From NCBI GenBank assembly GCA_044892525.1, contig CM097887.1, positions 72,478,001 to 72,542,000 on the forward strand: 64,000 nucleotides of DNA, read 5' to 3'. Positions 42,001-53,968 of the stretch are shown in pieces (position 1 is the stretch's first letter; every line of letters starts with the position of its first letter). Source of the DNA: Schmidtea polychroa (Eukaryota). The position numbers and the translations under genes are program-made. Under the pieces are notes generated by a model that worked only from the letters and a program-made list of their open reading frames with translations, did no database searches and was not told the DNA's origin.

Positions 42001-45000
42001 CGGGAAATGGCTGATTAAGTGATAAATAATTCAAAGAAAGAAAGAAAGTTATCCAATAGTTTGTTGTCATTTCAATGATTCCTGTTATGTAATGTGTTGT
42101 ATTGTTCTAAGCTGATTATTATATATCGTATGCTAATGTCTGTGAAAAGGAAAAATCTGTAGAACCTGACAGAGTCTGCAGTAAAAATATGTAGCGGGAC
42201 AATCGGAATACTTTTATGTATTGCTTTATACAACCAGAATGATAAAATACTAAAATAATAACGAAAAGTAACTAACGAATAATATTTTCAACTTTTATTA
42301 AAAATCAAAAAGAAAAGACCTTGATTAAGTACTTTCGACAATACTTTCGTATAGTTCGGCTAGAATACTTTCTTTTCCTCGGCTCGATTATTCGGGCCTA
42401 ATTCTTCGTTTAAATATATAGAAGGTGTAGGCACGAATAGAATATATTTGATTTTGGTATCTTTTTGATATAGGTCTATAAATTGATTTATAGGTCTGAT
42501 TATAATAATATTTATCGAATGGGTCAGGAATTTTATTTTCTATTAGCTTTATAGTTCCTGGTATTCTTCTTCCCAGTGGTTTTATTTTCTGTTGTTTTGA
42601 AGTTCAGGAGAATGGAAAATATATAATATAAGATAATTGTTTGAGTTAGAAGATTCTTGGAAATAATATCAAAACTTCGGTAATTTAGTTTCTGATAAAT
42701 TTGGTTTTGATTCAGTTTTGCTTCTATATCCAATTTTTTTATCCTTGTCTTAATTTTCCTTCGATTTTGTTTATTTGTCCATTTACTATAGCAATAATAG
42801 GTTTTTTAACATATTGTTTCCCAAACGTTAATAGCGCGGAAATGATACTAAAAACAAAACCTAATTGAGGTTCTGTTTTAACGCATAACAATAATAAAAA
42901 TGTAACATTTTACTACAATCCCATTAGGGGATCCTGTAAGAATATACTTACAATAAATTTATACACTTACAATAAAAAATTGGCAGTTTGGTGACCGAAA
43001 GACAATTTGAGCCAAAAAAAACTGAGCAAGCTTTTGGAATTGAGAGCGATAAAGTTAAACAAAATTAGCCAACTTAAATTGTATTTGAAACTGTTAATGA
43101 CACTGATTGATAGTACATATCGCGAATACAGGCAAACTGGACAGAAAGAACGAGGAAATAGAAACTTCTAGTCAAATGACCGAGTATTCTTCTTTGTGAA
43201 AATCAATAAGATGATACTACAAAGTACCTATTGAATTATTTATGGAAACATCTGTAATCAATGCGTTAGTTGTATATAAAGTAACACACCCAACAACGAA
43301 GATTACGGTTACGAAGTTTTATGGAAAACTGAAGGAGTCACTATAAGATAAAAAACGAAAAAAGAAAAATCCGCGCGAAATGAAAGAATCAAAAGAAAAG
43401 TGCAAAAGGAACCGAAAATACTAAAAATATGTGCATGTTGCTATAAGCAATTGACAGAGACTGAATGGTGGAAAGAGGCAGTAAAATCGATCAATCAAGT
43501 TAAGACTTTCATTTGTATTCAGTGTTTTCCTACATATTTTTGAAGAATGAATTTTGTTTGGTTCTGTTTGATGTTGTCGCGTCTGTGCGCGTTGCTGAGG
43601 TTTTGGCTGATTAGGGTACTGTGTGCGCACACAGACTCGACGTTCTCAAAATTAATTCGATAATCTCGAATTTTGGTTTTTTGATTGTTTTTTGAAAGCT
43701 TATGGTCAAATTTTTGGTAGTTTCCATTTTGCTTGGTCAGTGTTCTTTTGAAAGTGATTTATTTTATGGTTATTTCAAATTGTGGTTCCAAAATATAAAT
43801 AAAGTTTTATACTGTAATTTTGTTATTTATTTTATATTTGAATAATACGAAAAAGAAAAACGGGAAAAGATATTATTGTTCCAAGAATTGATAATGAATC
43901 GGGATTTTGCAAAGCTGATCGAGTTACAATGACAATTTATTAAATTTATTATTTACAATTTTTTTGAAATGATTGAAACCAATAAATAGTGTTTTATTTA
44001 GTATAATAATGTAATTTTCTGACCAATATTTCAGCCACTATGTTCCTATTGCCTAGCCACCAAACCGAGAGCTTCTTCATATGCCGAATCGTATAAACAT
44101 TCGGGTAGCTCATATTAAATTATCTTTGTTAATTAAACCCAGCGGCTATGCCAAACCATCATAAGAATCCGTTTAGTTTACATATAAATAATTATGTTAA
44201 AAAACACCGCAATTATGTCTAATAATTATGTGAATCATTTATGACTAATGAATGCAGATGCTATACTTGATACTCATGAAAGGTCCTTGTTGTATTGATT
44301 AACTTATCTACATTAGATTATAATTGAAATCGATATCTCGTGGCACAATTATTACCAACCTAGTTTATTTTTCAAATTTCCTCTTGTCAATGGAGATTCA
44401 CTTTGTCGCTTTGTCTCAAGACTATCTAAACCTGAGGTCTGGTATTAACCGCCTGACATCTAAGTTGTATTCCGATGCTCATTCGATTAGTATTGCGATT
44501 CAGAATTTCGTGAATTGTGGTGAAGTCGGGTTAGCTTGACTAATGTTACTTATGGATATTAAAAGCTCAGAAATGCTAATGGATTAGTTGCTGGATGTTA
44601 CGTAGATGATAAGCCAACTAAGGCTAGTGAGGTGAATTACGGTCTCGAAAGATATTCTAGTGGTTCACTTGCCCATGACGAATTTATTCATAGAAGGTTG
44701 CTGCTCACGTACTCGTCGGACGCGCAATATAGTTTCTCTTTTGGATCGGGAGTATCTCTTAAGTGTACTTTGACGTAAGATATACTGAGTAAAACCTAGG
44801 AAGAACAAGTTAGAAGCATTCCGGACCTCCTCAACCACGCCTGGCGGGCTTTTCTGTATCACTATCCTTCGAATCTCAGTTGGACTTCTCATCGTATTCA
44901 CAGCTCGGCTTATACTTGGATTTTGTCTCATTCTCATTTCTACACTATCTAAGATTCTTGTCAGTTAAAAATTGTACCAGCGATGGACTCCTCAGAGGAC

Positions 45001-46231
45001 ATCCGAGCTGAGTCCATTCAACTTAGTGTCTGAGACCATCCGATGCCCATTGGCCATATCCCTGTCTCTTAATACTATCTACGCACCAGAAAAATTTAGA
45101 TACTGTTATTATTATATTACAGAAGCTTTTTAACGAAAGGTGAGAAGAAAAGGACGAACTTTGCTATCAAACATGTAATTTAGTAAAACATAATTATACA
45201 GGTATCATAAGTAAATACGAATGTATACAACAATTAAAAATAAATTATTACTGTTAGTTCCAAATGCATGATCGCCAAATTGAAGTGTTTGTCCAAGTGA
45301 ATTATACGAAGTGTTAGAAAATATGAATGGGTTGTATTGAGTAGTCTATTAGAGTGAAAAAGTAACAGTCAAGTTTTTGTAAAAAAATTATTAAAACTAC
45401 CTATTAGAGTGAAAAAATAACAGTGAAGTGTCCTCTGAGAAGGACCTTTATAGTTTTATGTTTGCGCTTTTAACCAATCACAGTCGAGTAAGCATGTTGT
45501 ATTTTCCAAAATTTTTGTATAATTTTAAAATTTAGTTCCAATCATTTTGATTATTTTGTTTTAATTTTCAACTAAATTGTTCAATTTTCTTTTACATTAT
45601 TTTATTTTCTCGCTCTGAATGGTTTATGGATCACTCTTTTCGGTCTTGTGTTTTCTAACTTATCTATCGTTTGCTACTTTTTGCGTTTGTAATTTTAAAT
45701 ACCTTTGTTTTTATTTATTCTTATCTTATCTTGTTTAATTTGTTTTATTTAATGTTTTATATTATTTAACTGAACTTCTTGCTTTTGCGTGCTGTTTAGG
45801 TTTCTCTGTCGACAATTCACTGTAAGAAAAGAATTAAAATGGAAATCCTATTCTAAGAAAAATGAAACTTTATTTTGATTCTTAGCACAACAATAAATAT
45901 ATTTCATAAAAAACTATTTTTAATTGATTAGGTCTAATAAAAGAACTCCTATACAAAGAACATTATTATCAACAACTGCCCACACTCATCCCGTTTCTAG
46001 TCTCAGCACTATCGGAACTCACAATGCACACAGTTTATTAAGTTTGAGTACTGACGGTAAAATGTGCACATGGAGAATGGAAATGCTCAGTCAACCGATA
46101 GAAAGTTTTCAATTATCAAACTCAAAAAGTAAAGAAATAACTTCAACTTGTATGGAATTTCTTAACAATGATAACAAATTTGTTGTGGGCGGTGAAGATG
46201 GAAATGTTTATTTGGCTTCTCGAATCGGAAG
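36052..46231 (+). CDS. DYNC1I: Cytoplasmic dynein 1 intermediate chain, 5' part; exons ~36052-36237, ~36299-36429, 36476-36547, 40641-40794, 40841-41158, 45932-46231; remaining exons not in the window
   Basis: [34 protein letters not shown]...[28 protein letters not shown]...[31 protein letters not shown]...[17 protein letters not shown]. Phases are consistent; the intron 1 boundaries are less certain. Confidence 0.9.
37424..38784 (+). mobile_element. Decayed Tc1/mariner-family transposon
   Basis: Inverted repeat ATAAGTCTCCGTCTCTAAAACTAAAATAAAACAACA at about 37505 and 38735-38768; remnants [20 protein letters not shown] and [14 protein letters not shown]. Confidence 0.85.
39053..39363. mobile_element. 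piggyBac-type MITE
   Basis: TTAA followed by CCACTTGCGCTAT; inverted ATAGCGCAAGTGG just before the N gap. Confidence 0.7.
39364..39515. other. Assembly gap (N run)
   Basis: 152 N bases. Confidence 1.
43100..43540 (+). pseudogene. piggyBac (PGBD-like) transposase C-terminal remnant
   Basis: [17 protein letters not shown] motif and a Cys-rich tail (CYKQL...ICIQCF) across frames. Confidence 0.55.
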
Positions 46232-46599
46232 GTGAGAAATTAATATATTATTATTATTTTATTTTATTATTAATATTATTATTTATTTTATTAGTATTAT
46301 TATGTTTTCTATTTTCATTATTAATCTATTATTATTTTTATTATAAGAAAACGCCAATCAAACATTCTTTTCACGATATTTTTCGATAGTTTTCCTGTCA
46401 TCATCAAGTGGGATATAATAACTCATTAAATTAAGGATTTTAAACAAAATCAATACATACAATATACAAACATTATTTTAAAACATTTAAAATACAAGTA
46501 TTCACTGCATTCTGCACATTAATTTTCGGATTCAACGAGTTTATCAATAACGCCTAACAAATTACACGTTCCAAATAATTATCGAAAATTTTTAATAAA

Positions 46600-46900
46600 A
46601 TTTTTAAATCGGACATACCTATTTTACTCTTACATCCCTTATTGTGCTCACTAATATGGATCAAAGCCTTCGGTCTATAATGTTCACGAGCTCGAAACCA
46701 AGATGACGGGAAGTCTCTCCAATGTATGTGGCATTACACCCATTACATGTAAACTGATAAACGAGATCGGAACACAATTCAACCGGAGTTTCAGACTTAT
46801 TAATAAACATATTGCGTACTTTCCATGAAGTTAGACACTATCCTATAGTTTAAATTCCCTAACTGCTTTCTTATCTTCACTTTATAATCCTTAAAACCTC
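46600..46900 (-). mobile_element. Penelope-like GIY-YIG fragment
   Basis: Minus-strand translation of about 46790-46683 gives LCSDLVYQFTCNGCNATYIGETSRHLGF..REH. Confidence 0.8.
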
Positions 46901-47289
46901 CTGACAATACTAACACATATTTAGGTTCATCATCCTTGCTAACACTATTTAATTTATTTAACTCATCAGACTCACATGCCTCAACAAAATCACACCCAGA
47001 TTTTCTCAAACATGGATCCTTAGGATTTTTAATAAATTTGTCAACAGTCTATTTTACCATAATTAATAAAAAAGATTTTGAATAACCCTTCTGCATTAAC
47101 AATTCTATCAATTTGTCAACACTTGTTACTGAATGTTCACAAGTAGAAGACAAAGACCATGATTGTTTTATTATTATTTTTATTATTAATATTATTATTT
47201 ATACTATTATCATTATTAATCTTTTATTATTTTTATTATAAGAAGACGACAATCAAACATTCTTTTCATGATATATTCAAGTTTCAACC

Positions 47290-47447
47290 CCTTCACCATA
47301 TTTCTTTTATACTTGAATTCACAAAAACCTTTGGTTTATAAAGGTATGTGGATGATATTTTTCTTATATTTGAAAATCAAAGTCATGTTGATCCGTTTTT
47401 GCATTATACGAATAGTTTACATAAAAACATTGTATTCACGTGTGAGA
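47290..47447 (+). mobile_element. Penelope-like RT fragment truncated at the giant element boundary
   Basis: KPLVY.RYVDDIFLIFENQSHVDPFLHYTNSLHKNIVFTCE (YVDD and HxNIxFT motifs); similarity stops at about 47447. Confidence 0.75.
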
Positions 47448-47614
47448 CGTTGAAAAAATCATCACATGTTCAATTTCGGGCTTTACGGGTTGTCGCCTTG
47501 TCAGATCAAGGATTATCGTCATCATCAGGATTATTATGATCGGTTTGTTTCTCATACTACTGATATACATTTAGTAATTTTATACACATTTATATACATC
47601 GCTTTTTGTCGGTT

Positions 47615-48339
47615 TTAATTTTGTCGTTTCTTTTTAGGGTTTTTCTCTCGGATTCGCATTAATTTAGACTCCGCTTTAATGACTCTATGTCGAAGTTCCG
47701 GCAACGTTTCTAGTTGTCTATCTTTCTCCTGGACCTTGTCTGTCAAGTGTCTTATCTCTCTTTTCAAGGTTTTTATCTCCTTCTTCTTCTCTTTCAGGTT
47801 CCGTTCCAGTTCCAATTGTAGGAAATCATTTTCCTCTGGGTCGTTTGTCTTTGAGTTTTGTTTCTGCCGTTTTGTTTCTATTTCTCGATATTTATTGTTC
47901 CATTTTTCCATTTCTGCGTTTTCCTGTACTTTTACTTCCAGCTGGTTTTCTAGTTCCCTGATAGTTTCCTGTCGTTTCCTCGCTTCCATCTTCCAGTAAT
48001 CTTCGATCACTTCGTTTTTGCCTTGAGACTGGCTCTTTCCTGCCATAATTCTTCCGCGATCTTCTCCCAATTTCTCCCTCGCTTTCTTTGATCGTGAAGC
48101 CATTCATTTTCCTCCTCTACCTCTTTCTTTACTTCTTCTAACAAGGTATATTCTTTTTTCAATACTTTAATCATTTTTCGATTATCTCTCCATCTTTCCA
48201 CTAATCTTTCGTTTTCTTGTCTCTCCTCTTGTAATTCTTCCTTGATAGTTTTCTTCCTCTCCACTTCTTCTACTTCAATTTCTCCCTCTTCTAGCTCGAT
48301 TATAGATGTTATGATGGGTCGTCCGTTTTCAGTGTTCAT
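47615..48339 (-). CDS. Coiled-coil accessory protein (~241 aa after restoring one A at 48015-48019)
   Basis: ORFs 48007-48339 and 47615-48103 join as ...SLKAK-NEVIEDYWKME... with one added A; E/K/R-rich heptads. Confidence 0.65.
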
Positions 48340-48513
48340 TTTCTATAATATATACATAATTAATAATTGCGCTATAGTGCGGCTTATACGTATACATCTA
48401 TATGTAATTATATAATCGGGGTTACAGTCCCGTAAATATTTTTATCGTACTATTAATTTTTTTGTTGGGATACAGGTCCCGATTTTTATATTTTTTATCT
48501 TTTCTATTTATCT

Positions 48514-49551
48514 TTATACAAAGGTCTCTTCCTGACCTACATACCCTTCATCGCTTTCTATTGACGTTTGTAGTTGTATTGCGATGGGGTCGAATGGGAT
48601 GTAGTACCGGGGAATCTGCGCTCTAAGCTCCTGAACTTCGTCTCTTAGCGCTCTTGACACATTGAGTTCCTCGTCCAGCAGGTATGTTAGATACCTGGTT
48701 TCGTCGTCCCTTACTTCGATCTGTTTTTCTAACTCTTCCGCTTTTTCGCCGTTCTCCCATTTTTTGATCTCCTTTTCGAGGTTCTTGATATTTTCGTCAT
48801 ACATCTTTCTCTCGTTTTCCAATTTCTTGTTCTTACCGGCTAGCACTATATTCCTTTGTTCTAGTGGCCCCTTATAGCCGTTATTGTCTCTTTCAAGGTC
48901 TGCCACCTTATTTACGAGTTCAACGATTCTACCTGACTGTTGCAGGATCATCTCTTCCATGGCGGTATTCTCCTGTTCCTTCATAGACAGTTTCATGGCC
49001 AGATGCCTTTCAAATTCCACGGCCTTGGTCTGCCAGGTTTGACTTCTAGCGGCGATTTTTCGGAGCCTTCTTAGCTCTTCTCTCTGATCCAGATTTTCTT
49101 CCCATTTCCCTTGTTCACTCTCGTATTCCAATCTCTGCGGCAATTCTCTCATTTCTTTTTTGATTTCTCGATGTTGTTTTTTCCACTTTCTGGCTTCTGC
49201 TAATAGTTGGCGGGTCTTTCTTTCCTCCTTTTGTTTTTCTATTTCCCGCTTCTTATTCTCATCAGTGAGTCTTTTTCTTGACTCCTGTACCAGTTGCTTC
49301 AGGTAATGCCCGTGTGCCTCTTGCCTGGTACTTTCTAATGCTGACCATTTAGCGGCTCTTTTGCAGGCCTCGGCCTCCTCCCGTAAATTCTGCACTAACC
49401 ACTGGAACTGGTGGTTTTCCCATTCTCTCGCTTCTTCGAGGAAATTTCGCGTTTGGTTTGATAATTGTGCCATCACTTTGGCCCATCTTTCTCGGTGCAC
49501 TCTGCCGATCCTCACTCCGCTGCTTGGGACTTCGGTTCGTTCCTGTGTCAT
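48514..49551 (-). CDS. 345-aa coiled-coil accessory protein, unknown function
   Basis: Intact ATG-to-stop ORF, charged and helical, between AT-rich spacers. Confidence 0.75.
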   Translation of the reverse strand: MTQERTEVPSSGVRIGRVHRERWAKVMAQLSNQTRNFLEEAREWENHQFQWLVQNLREEAEACKRAAKWSALESTRQEAHGHYLKQLVQESRKRLTDENKKREIEKQKEERKTRQLLAEARKWKKQHREIKKEMRELPQRLEYESEQGKWEENLDQREELRRLRKIAARSQTWQTKAVEFERHLAMKLSMKEQENTAMEEMILQQSGRIVELVNKVADLERDNNGYKGPLEQRNIVLAGKNKKLENERKMYDENIKNLEKEIKKWENGEKAEELEKQIEVRDDETRYLTYLLDEELNVSRALRDEVQELRAQIPRYYIPFDPIAIQLQTSIESDEGYVGQEETFV

Positions 49552-49773
49552 TTTTGTCTGAATAACGATATTATCAACTCAACGTCGCACATTTATATTT
49601 GTTCTATTATTTATTTATTGTTCCCATTCGACATAGGTGGGTTGTTTTTAGAAGTTTTCCGCTTAAGTTTACCTTTAGTGAATTTGGGGATTTTTCCTAC
49701 ACTATTATATAATATTTTACTGGATATATACGCCGATATTTACAATTTAGTATATACAAAATTATTCGTCTCT

Positions 49774-51161
49774 CTACTCAGTCCTACTCTTCCCGTCTCG
49801 CCTCACCACTATTTTTATGTATATAGTGTCGTTTCTCGTCATGTCTTCTACTTTCCGCTGTAGGATGAAATTCGGTGCTCCGGTTGCTGGTCCTTCTTCT
49901 TCCAAGGGCCTTTGGTAACATACGAGGTTTCCCGCTGTATGGAAACTCTGTTCATGTATACTTTGATGGTTCATCATTGCGAGGTCTATTTTTGCTTTGA
50001 ATGGCCATTCTATTAACTCGTCGTATAGCCCTTTGCACATCAAGAAGAATACTGAGAAATGCGTTCCGTATGCACTTCCATCCCCGTTGTGGTATGCTTT
50101 CATTTTCATTTTATACCCGTTTTTCCATGAGTAGAATGCTGGACTTAGTAATGTTGTATCCTTTCCATTTCTCGCTCTCTGCATCTTTTCTTTTACTCCC
50201 GTTATTTTCCATAGGTATGGAGCCGTTGGTATTAATTCGTTGAGGTTCAATTCGCTTACTTTTTGATGTAGTTCTTTCACCATAATGTTGCTAGTTTCCA
50301 CTAGATCTGTCTGTATCTTTGTACTTGTTCTTGCCTCTTCGAATGCTTCCTTTTCTAGCAATAGCTCTTTTACCAACGCTTTTAGCGAGATCATTTCTTT
50401 TTCTATGTTTTCGGTTTTCCTTTCGTTTTCTTGTAATACAGTTGACCATATTTCCGCGTGTGTTGATACGTTTTCTGCTAGATGTTGGGGTAATTCTCCT
50501 CGGTGTAATTGTTTCTGACATCCCCATTTTCCTAGCACACACGTTATCTTTTTCCTTTCACATTCTCTGAGATGTTGAGCGAGTTTTATTACTCCAGATT
50601 TATCGCATTTATTGGGACATTCTCCTCTGAATTCCGCGCATACTTTTTCCTCTTGTAAATTATGATGTTGACTAGTTAATTTTCTTCGGGTATCGGTCTC
50701 TCCGCAATATTCACATTTTTCTAACCTTTCTATGCATCGACTTTGATGCTCTTCCTCTTCTTTGCTTTAATCTCTTCCTGGCAACGTTCGCATTGACTGA
50801 TTTTATACTCACACTTCTCTATATGTTGCTTCACTCCCCATATCACTCCTCGCCAATTGCACGGGGTGTTTTTACATCCTAAATTTGCATTTAACATATC
50901 TTTCACAGCTGCTTTATCTTCGTTTGTATCTCCCAAACTTGTTATCATGGTTTCTTTACATACTGGGCACCATTGTGGTCCCTTCTTTATTATCTCCTCT
51001 ACACATTCTTTGCACATTCGACATCCGCATCTGGTTTGGTGAGGTTCTTTTAATAAGCTCTTGCATATTCCACACGTTACATGGTTGTGTATTCGAATTG
51101 TGGTGGACTTTCTGACTTGTTCGACAATCTCTTTGAATTCTTCTCGTTGTCGCTTATCCAT
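49774..51161 (-). CDS. Full-length TRAF-family protein (RING, TRAF zinc fingers, coiled coil, MATH), ~462 aa, one 1-nt frameshift at 50761-50763
   Basis: RING CGIC...CGCRMCKEC...CPVC; ZnF HIEKCEY..C..C, H..RC..RLEKCEYC, CPNKC...HLREC; MATH YLWKI...SPAFYSWKNGYKMKMKAYHNGDG..YGTHFSVFF..WPF. The intervening frame 50760-50539 is open and in frame with ORF 49774-50538. Confidence 0.9.
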
Positions 51162-51251
51162 TTCTATAATTATATATATACATATATTCGTTACTGGTAC
51201 AGTTTCGTATTTTTATTTACAGTTATTTACATTTTTTGTTTTAGGTTATAT

Positions 51252-51635
51252 TTATTGGCTGGAAGAGTCGGCCTCTTGTCCGCCCTCTTCCCTACTGGTT
51301 AACCATTCTGACCAGTCTTCTATCTCCTCTCGCTCCATCTCTTCAGCGATTCTCATTAACTCCTCTTCCTGTCCCTGGCTGTATCGCGTTATTCGCTCTA
51401 TTTCTTGCTGCATTTGCTCCATTTTTATTCGTTGGTCTTCGATTATTCTTACATAACTGAAGCCTTTATTTAAACTTTCGACTAAGCTTCTTTGTACAGC
51501 GAGTCCTTGTTCCTGTAAATTCGAAATCACTTGAGTTAACATTGCACATTGTTGTTTCCACATCTCTTCGGTTGTCGTACTGTGATTTACTTCCTCGCCT
51601 ATTCGCTCCATTCTTAATTTATATATACTTTTCAA
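51252..51635 (-). CDS. 127-aa coiled-coil/acidic accessory protein
   Basis: ATG-to-stop ORF with a helical middle and acidic C-terminus. Confidence 0.6.
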   Translation of the reverse strand: MKSIYKLRMERIGEEVNHSTTTEEMWKQQCAMLTQVISNLQEQGLAVQRSLVESLNKGFSYVRIIEDQRIKMEQMQQEIERITRYSQGQEEELMRIAEEMEREEIEDWSEWLTSREEGGQEADSSSQ

Positions 51636-51779
51636 CCCTTATCCAATTTTATTTTTATATTATTTATCCCCATCATTATATAATATTGATACCGCGCTTA
51701 TATAAAAATATAGAATACTGTTATATAAATAAATATTACCTACTTACTTTTTACAATCTATATACAGTCATAATCCTTT

Positions 51780-53908
51780 CTATATTCGTGAGTTTGGAGG
51801 GCGCTGAGCATTCCAGGCCTCCACCCACTGTTCCTGCTTGATTTTACTTGGTCGTTCTACACGATGTTGAAAATTTCTCATTCTGGTCATCTCTAGTTCT
51901 CCGCGATGCCGTCTATCTTTGATTATTTTTATTGTCCCCCCCGTTATGATTAAAAAGGCCCCTGTTATTATTATTCCGCTGATCCACATCATCTGTTTTA
52001 CGCTTATAATTTCCAATTTTTCCTTGTTCGTTATTGTTGATATTGTCTCTGTACTTTTCGGGTTACTGCCTTTGCTATTTCCTTTTATCATTCCTCGTAT
52101 TCTTGCTATCTCCTCGTTCATACCTTCCTTTGCCATCTTTTGTATTTTTTCCATCTCTTCCTCTGACACATAATTGTCCTGATATTTCTCACTGGTTTTT
52201 TGCGTTTTCCTTGCTCATCTTTTTCATCATTGAATTTTCTTTTCCTCCCTCTTTTCCCAGGGTATCGTCGACATTCTCTTTCTGGACCGTTTCTCAGGAT
52301 ACAGACCGTATATTCCTTTGGTGGTTGTTGTTGCGTTACATATTGTAGACAGTTTTCTCCTGGTCCTAGCCTTGAAATACACACTTTGTGCTCTTTTCTT
52401 GGTTGAAGCTGTGTTATCACTATTTCACCTCCTTTACTCAGGTGTACCTCTTTCCATTTGACTTTTGTTATCTTCTTCCCGTTTCGATGTTGGTACGCTT
52501 CTTGTATTCCCACTTCCGTTATTGGTTCTGCATCTTCATTTTTTAACACTAGTCTCTGATAAGCTCTAGACATACATCTTCCTAATATACACCTTTCTTT
52601 TAAATCCCATTCTTCTTTTAGATCCCATTGTTGCTCTTGTACTTGCTTTTTCTTTTCTTGTTTTAGTTCTTCCTCTTTGTTGTCCTTATTTTCCGTTTCT
52701 TTGGCTTCTTTTATCGTTCTCATTCCTCCCTGGGCTGTTATCATTTCCACCATTGTTAATACGAGTATCATTATCATCATATTTGTCTCCATTTCTTTGT
52801 TGGTAAAAAGTAGGCATACCCTCTGTTTTCCAATATTCGTCTTTTCTTCTTGCTTCATTCGGTTTCCCGGGTTATCCTCTTCCTTTTTCGTACTTGCGTT
52901 GTTATTTTCTTGATTATTCTCCTCTGGTTTCTCGTTCTCTTTATTCCCGTTTCGACTCTTCTCATTATTATTGTCGTCTTTATCGTCTTTATCTTTATCG
53001 TCTTTATCTCCCCCGCTGTCGTTTAAAATGTCGTCCTCGACATTTATATCGTTCAACAATCTGCGATATGCTGTTAGCACTCTATTTCTTGCTAATTTTG
53101 CTTCGAATTCGAACTCTTTTCTGCCTGTTGCTGCATGTCTCTTTCTATTCCATTCTTTTACCAGTTCTCTCAATTGTATACGACGATGTTTTCCGATTCG
53201 CTTTTGTTCGTTTAGATTTTGCGTGAATTTGAGGTCTTCTCTGTTCAATACGATCATTATGATTTTCGGAGTTCCTCCTTTTGTTAATGTATTTTTAACC
53301 ATGGCATTTTCTCCGTTTTCATAGAACTCATTTATATTTATTGCATATTTATTACTTTGCGGTATTTTCCAAGTTAACAGTAACTTCATGGCTTCTAAGT
53401 TTTTCCGTATCGTATTCCACTGGAATTGTGACGTATTTTTACAGATATTTTCCACCTCAGTTTTTGTAGCATTTTTACAAATGAATCTAATCATTTCCAG
53501 GTTTGGTTGTATTGTTGCCCAATCCATGGTAGAATTCCCTTCGTTTGATATTTCGTCAAGCCTTGATCCTGATTGATGTAATATATGTAATGTTTTCGGG
53601 TGTATATTTGTTATTGCTGCATACATCATTGCTGTTTCTCCTTGTTCATTTTTTGCATTAGATTCTTCTCCTAAGTCTTTAAGAATTCTTATGATGGTTA
53701 TCGCTCTGTTTTCCTTTGCTGCTAGTATTGCTTGTTGTAATGGTGTTCTTGAATCTTTTGTTGGTATGGTGAACGCTAGTGGTATGAATGTTTTTATTTT
53801 ACCTATGTCTAAATTTGTAGTTTGATCTCTTGCGTAGGTATGTACTGTTTTTATTATTTTTGTCAGTATTGCTTCATCAGATAAATCTCGCATTTCCTCA
53901 AAGAACAC
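51780..53908 (-). CDS. Ankyrin-repeat module followed by an internal signal sequence, ectodomain and TM (frameshift near 52211)
   Basis: ANK motifs RTPLQQA, GETAMMYA, GNSTMDWA; hydrophobic MMIMILVLTMVEMITA; ITQLQPRKEHKVCIS (FN3-like); TM WISGIIITGAFLIITGGTIKII in ORF 51780-52169, joined by one added A. Confidence 0.75.
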
Positions 53909-53968
53909 CTCTTTGGCTTTGCGTATTATTATCTCTTGGTCTGAGTCGTTGTTATATCAGTTGTTATA

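Noticed and set aside
44250-45070. Moderately GC-richer stretch with ORFs 44324-44539 and 44665-44937
   Set aside because: Probably a decayed repeat; no recognisable motif or splice-consistent exon.
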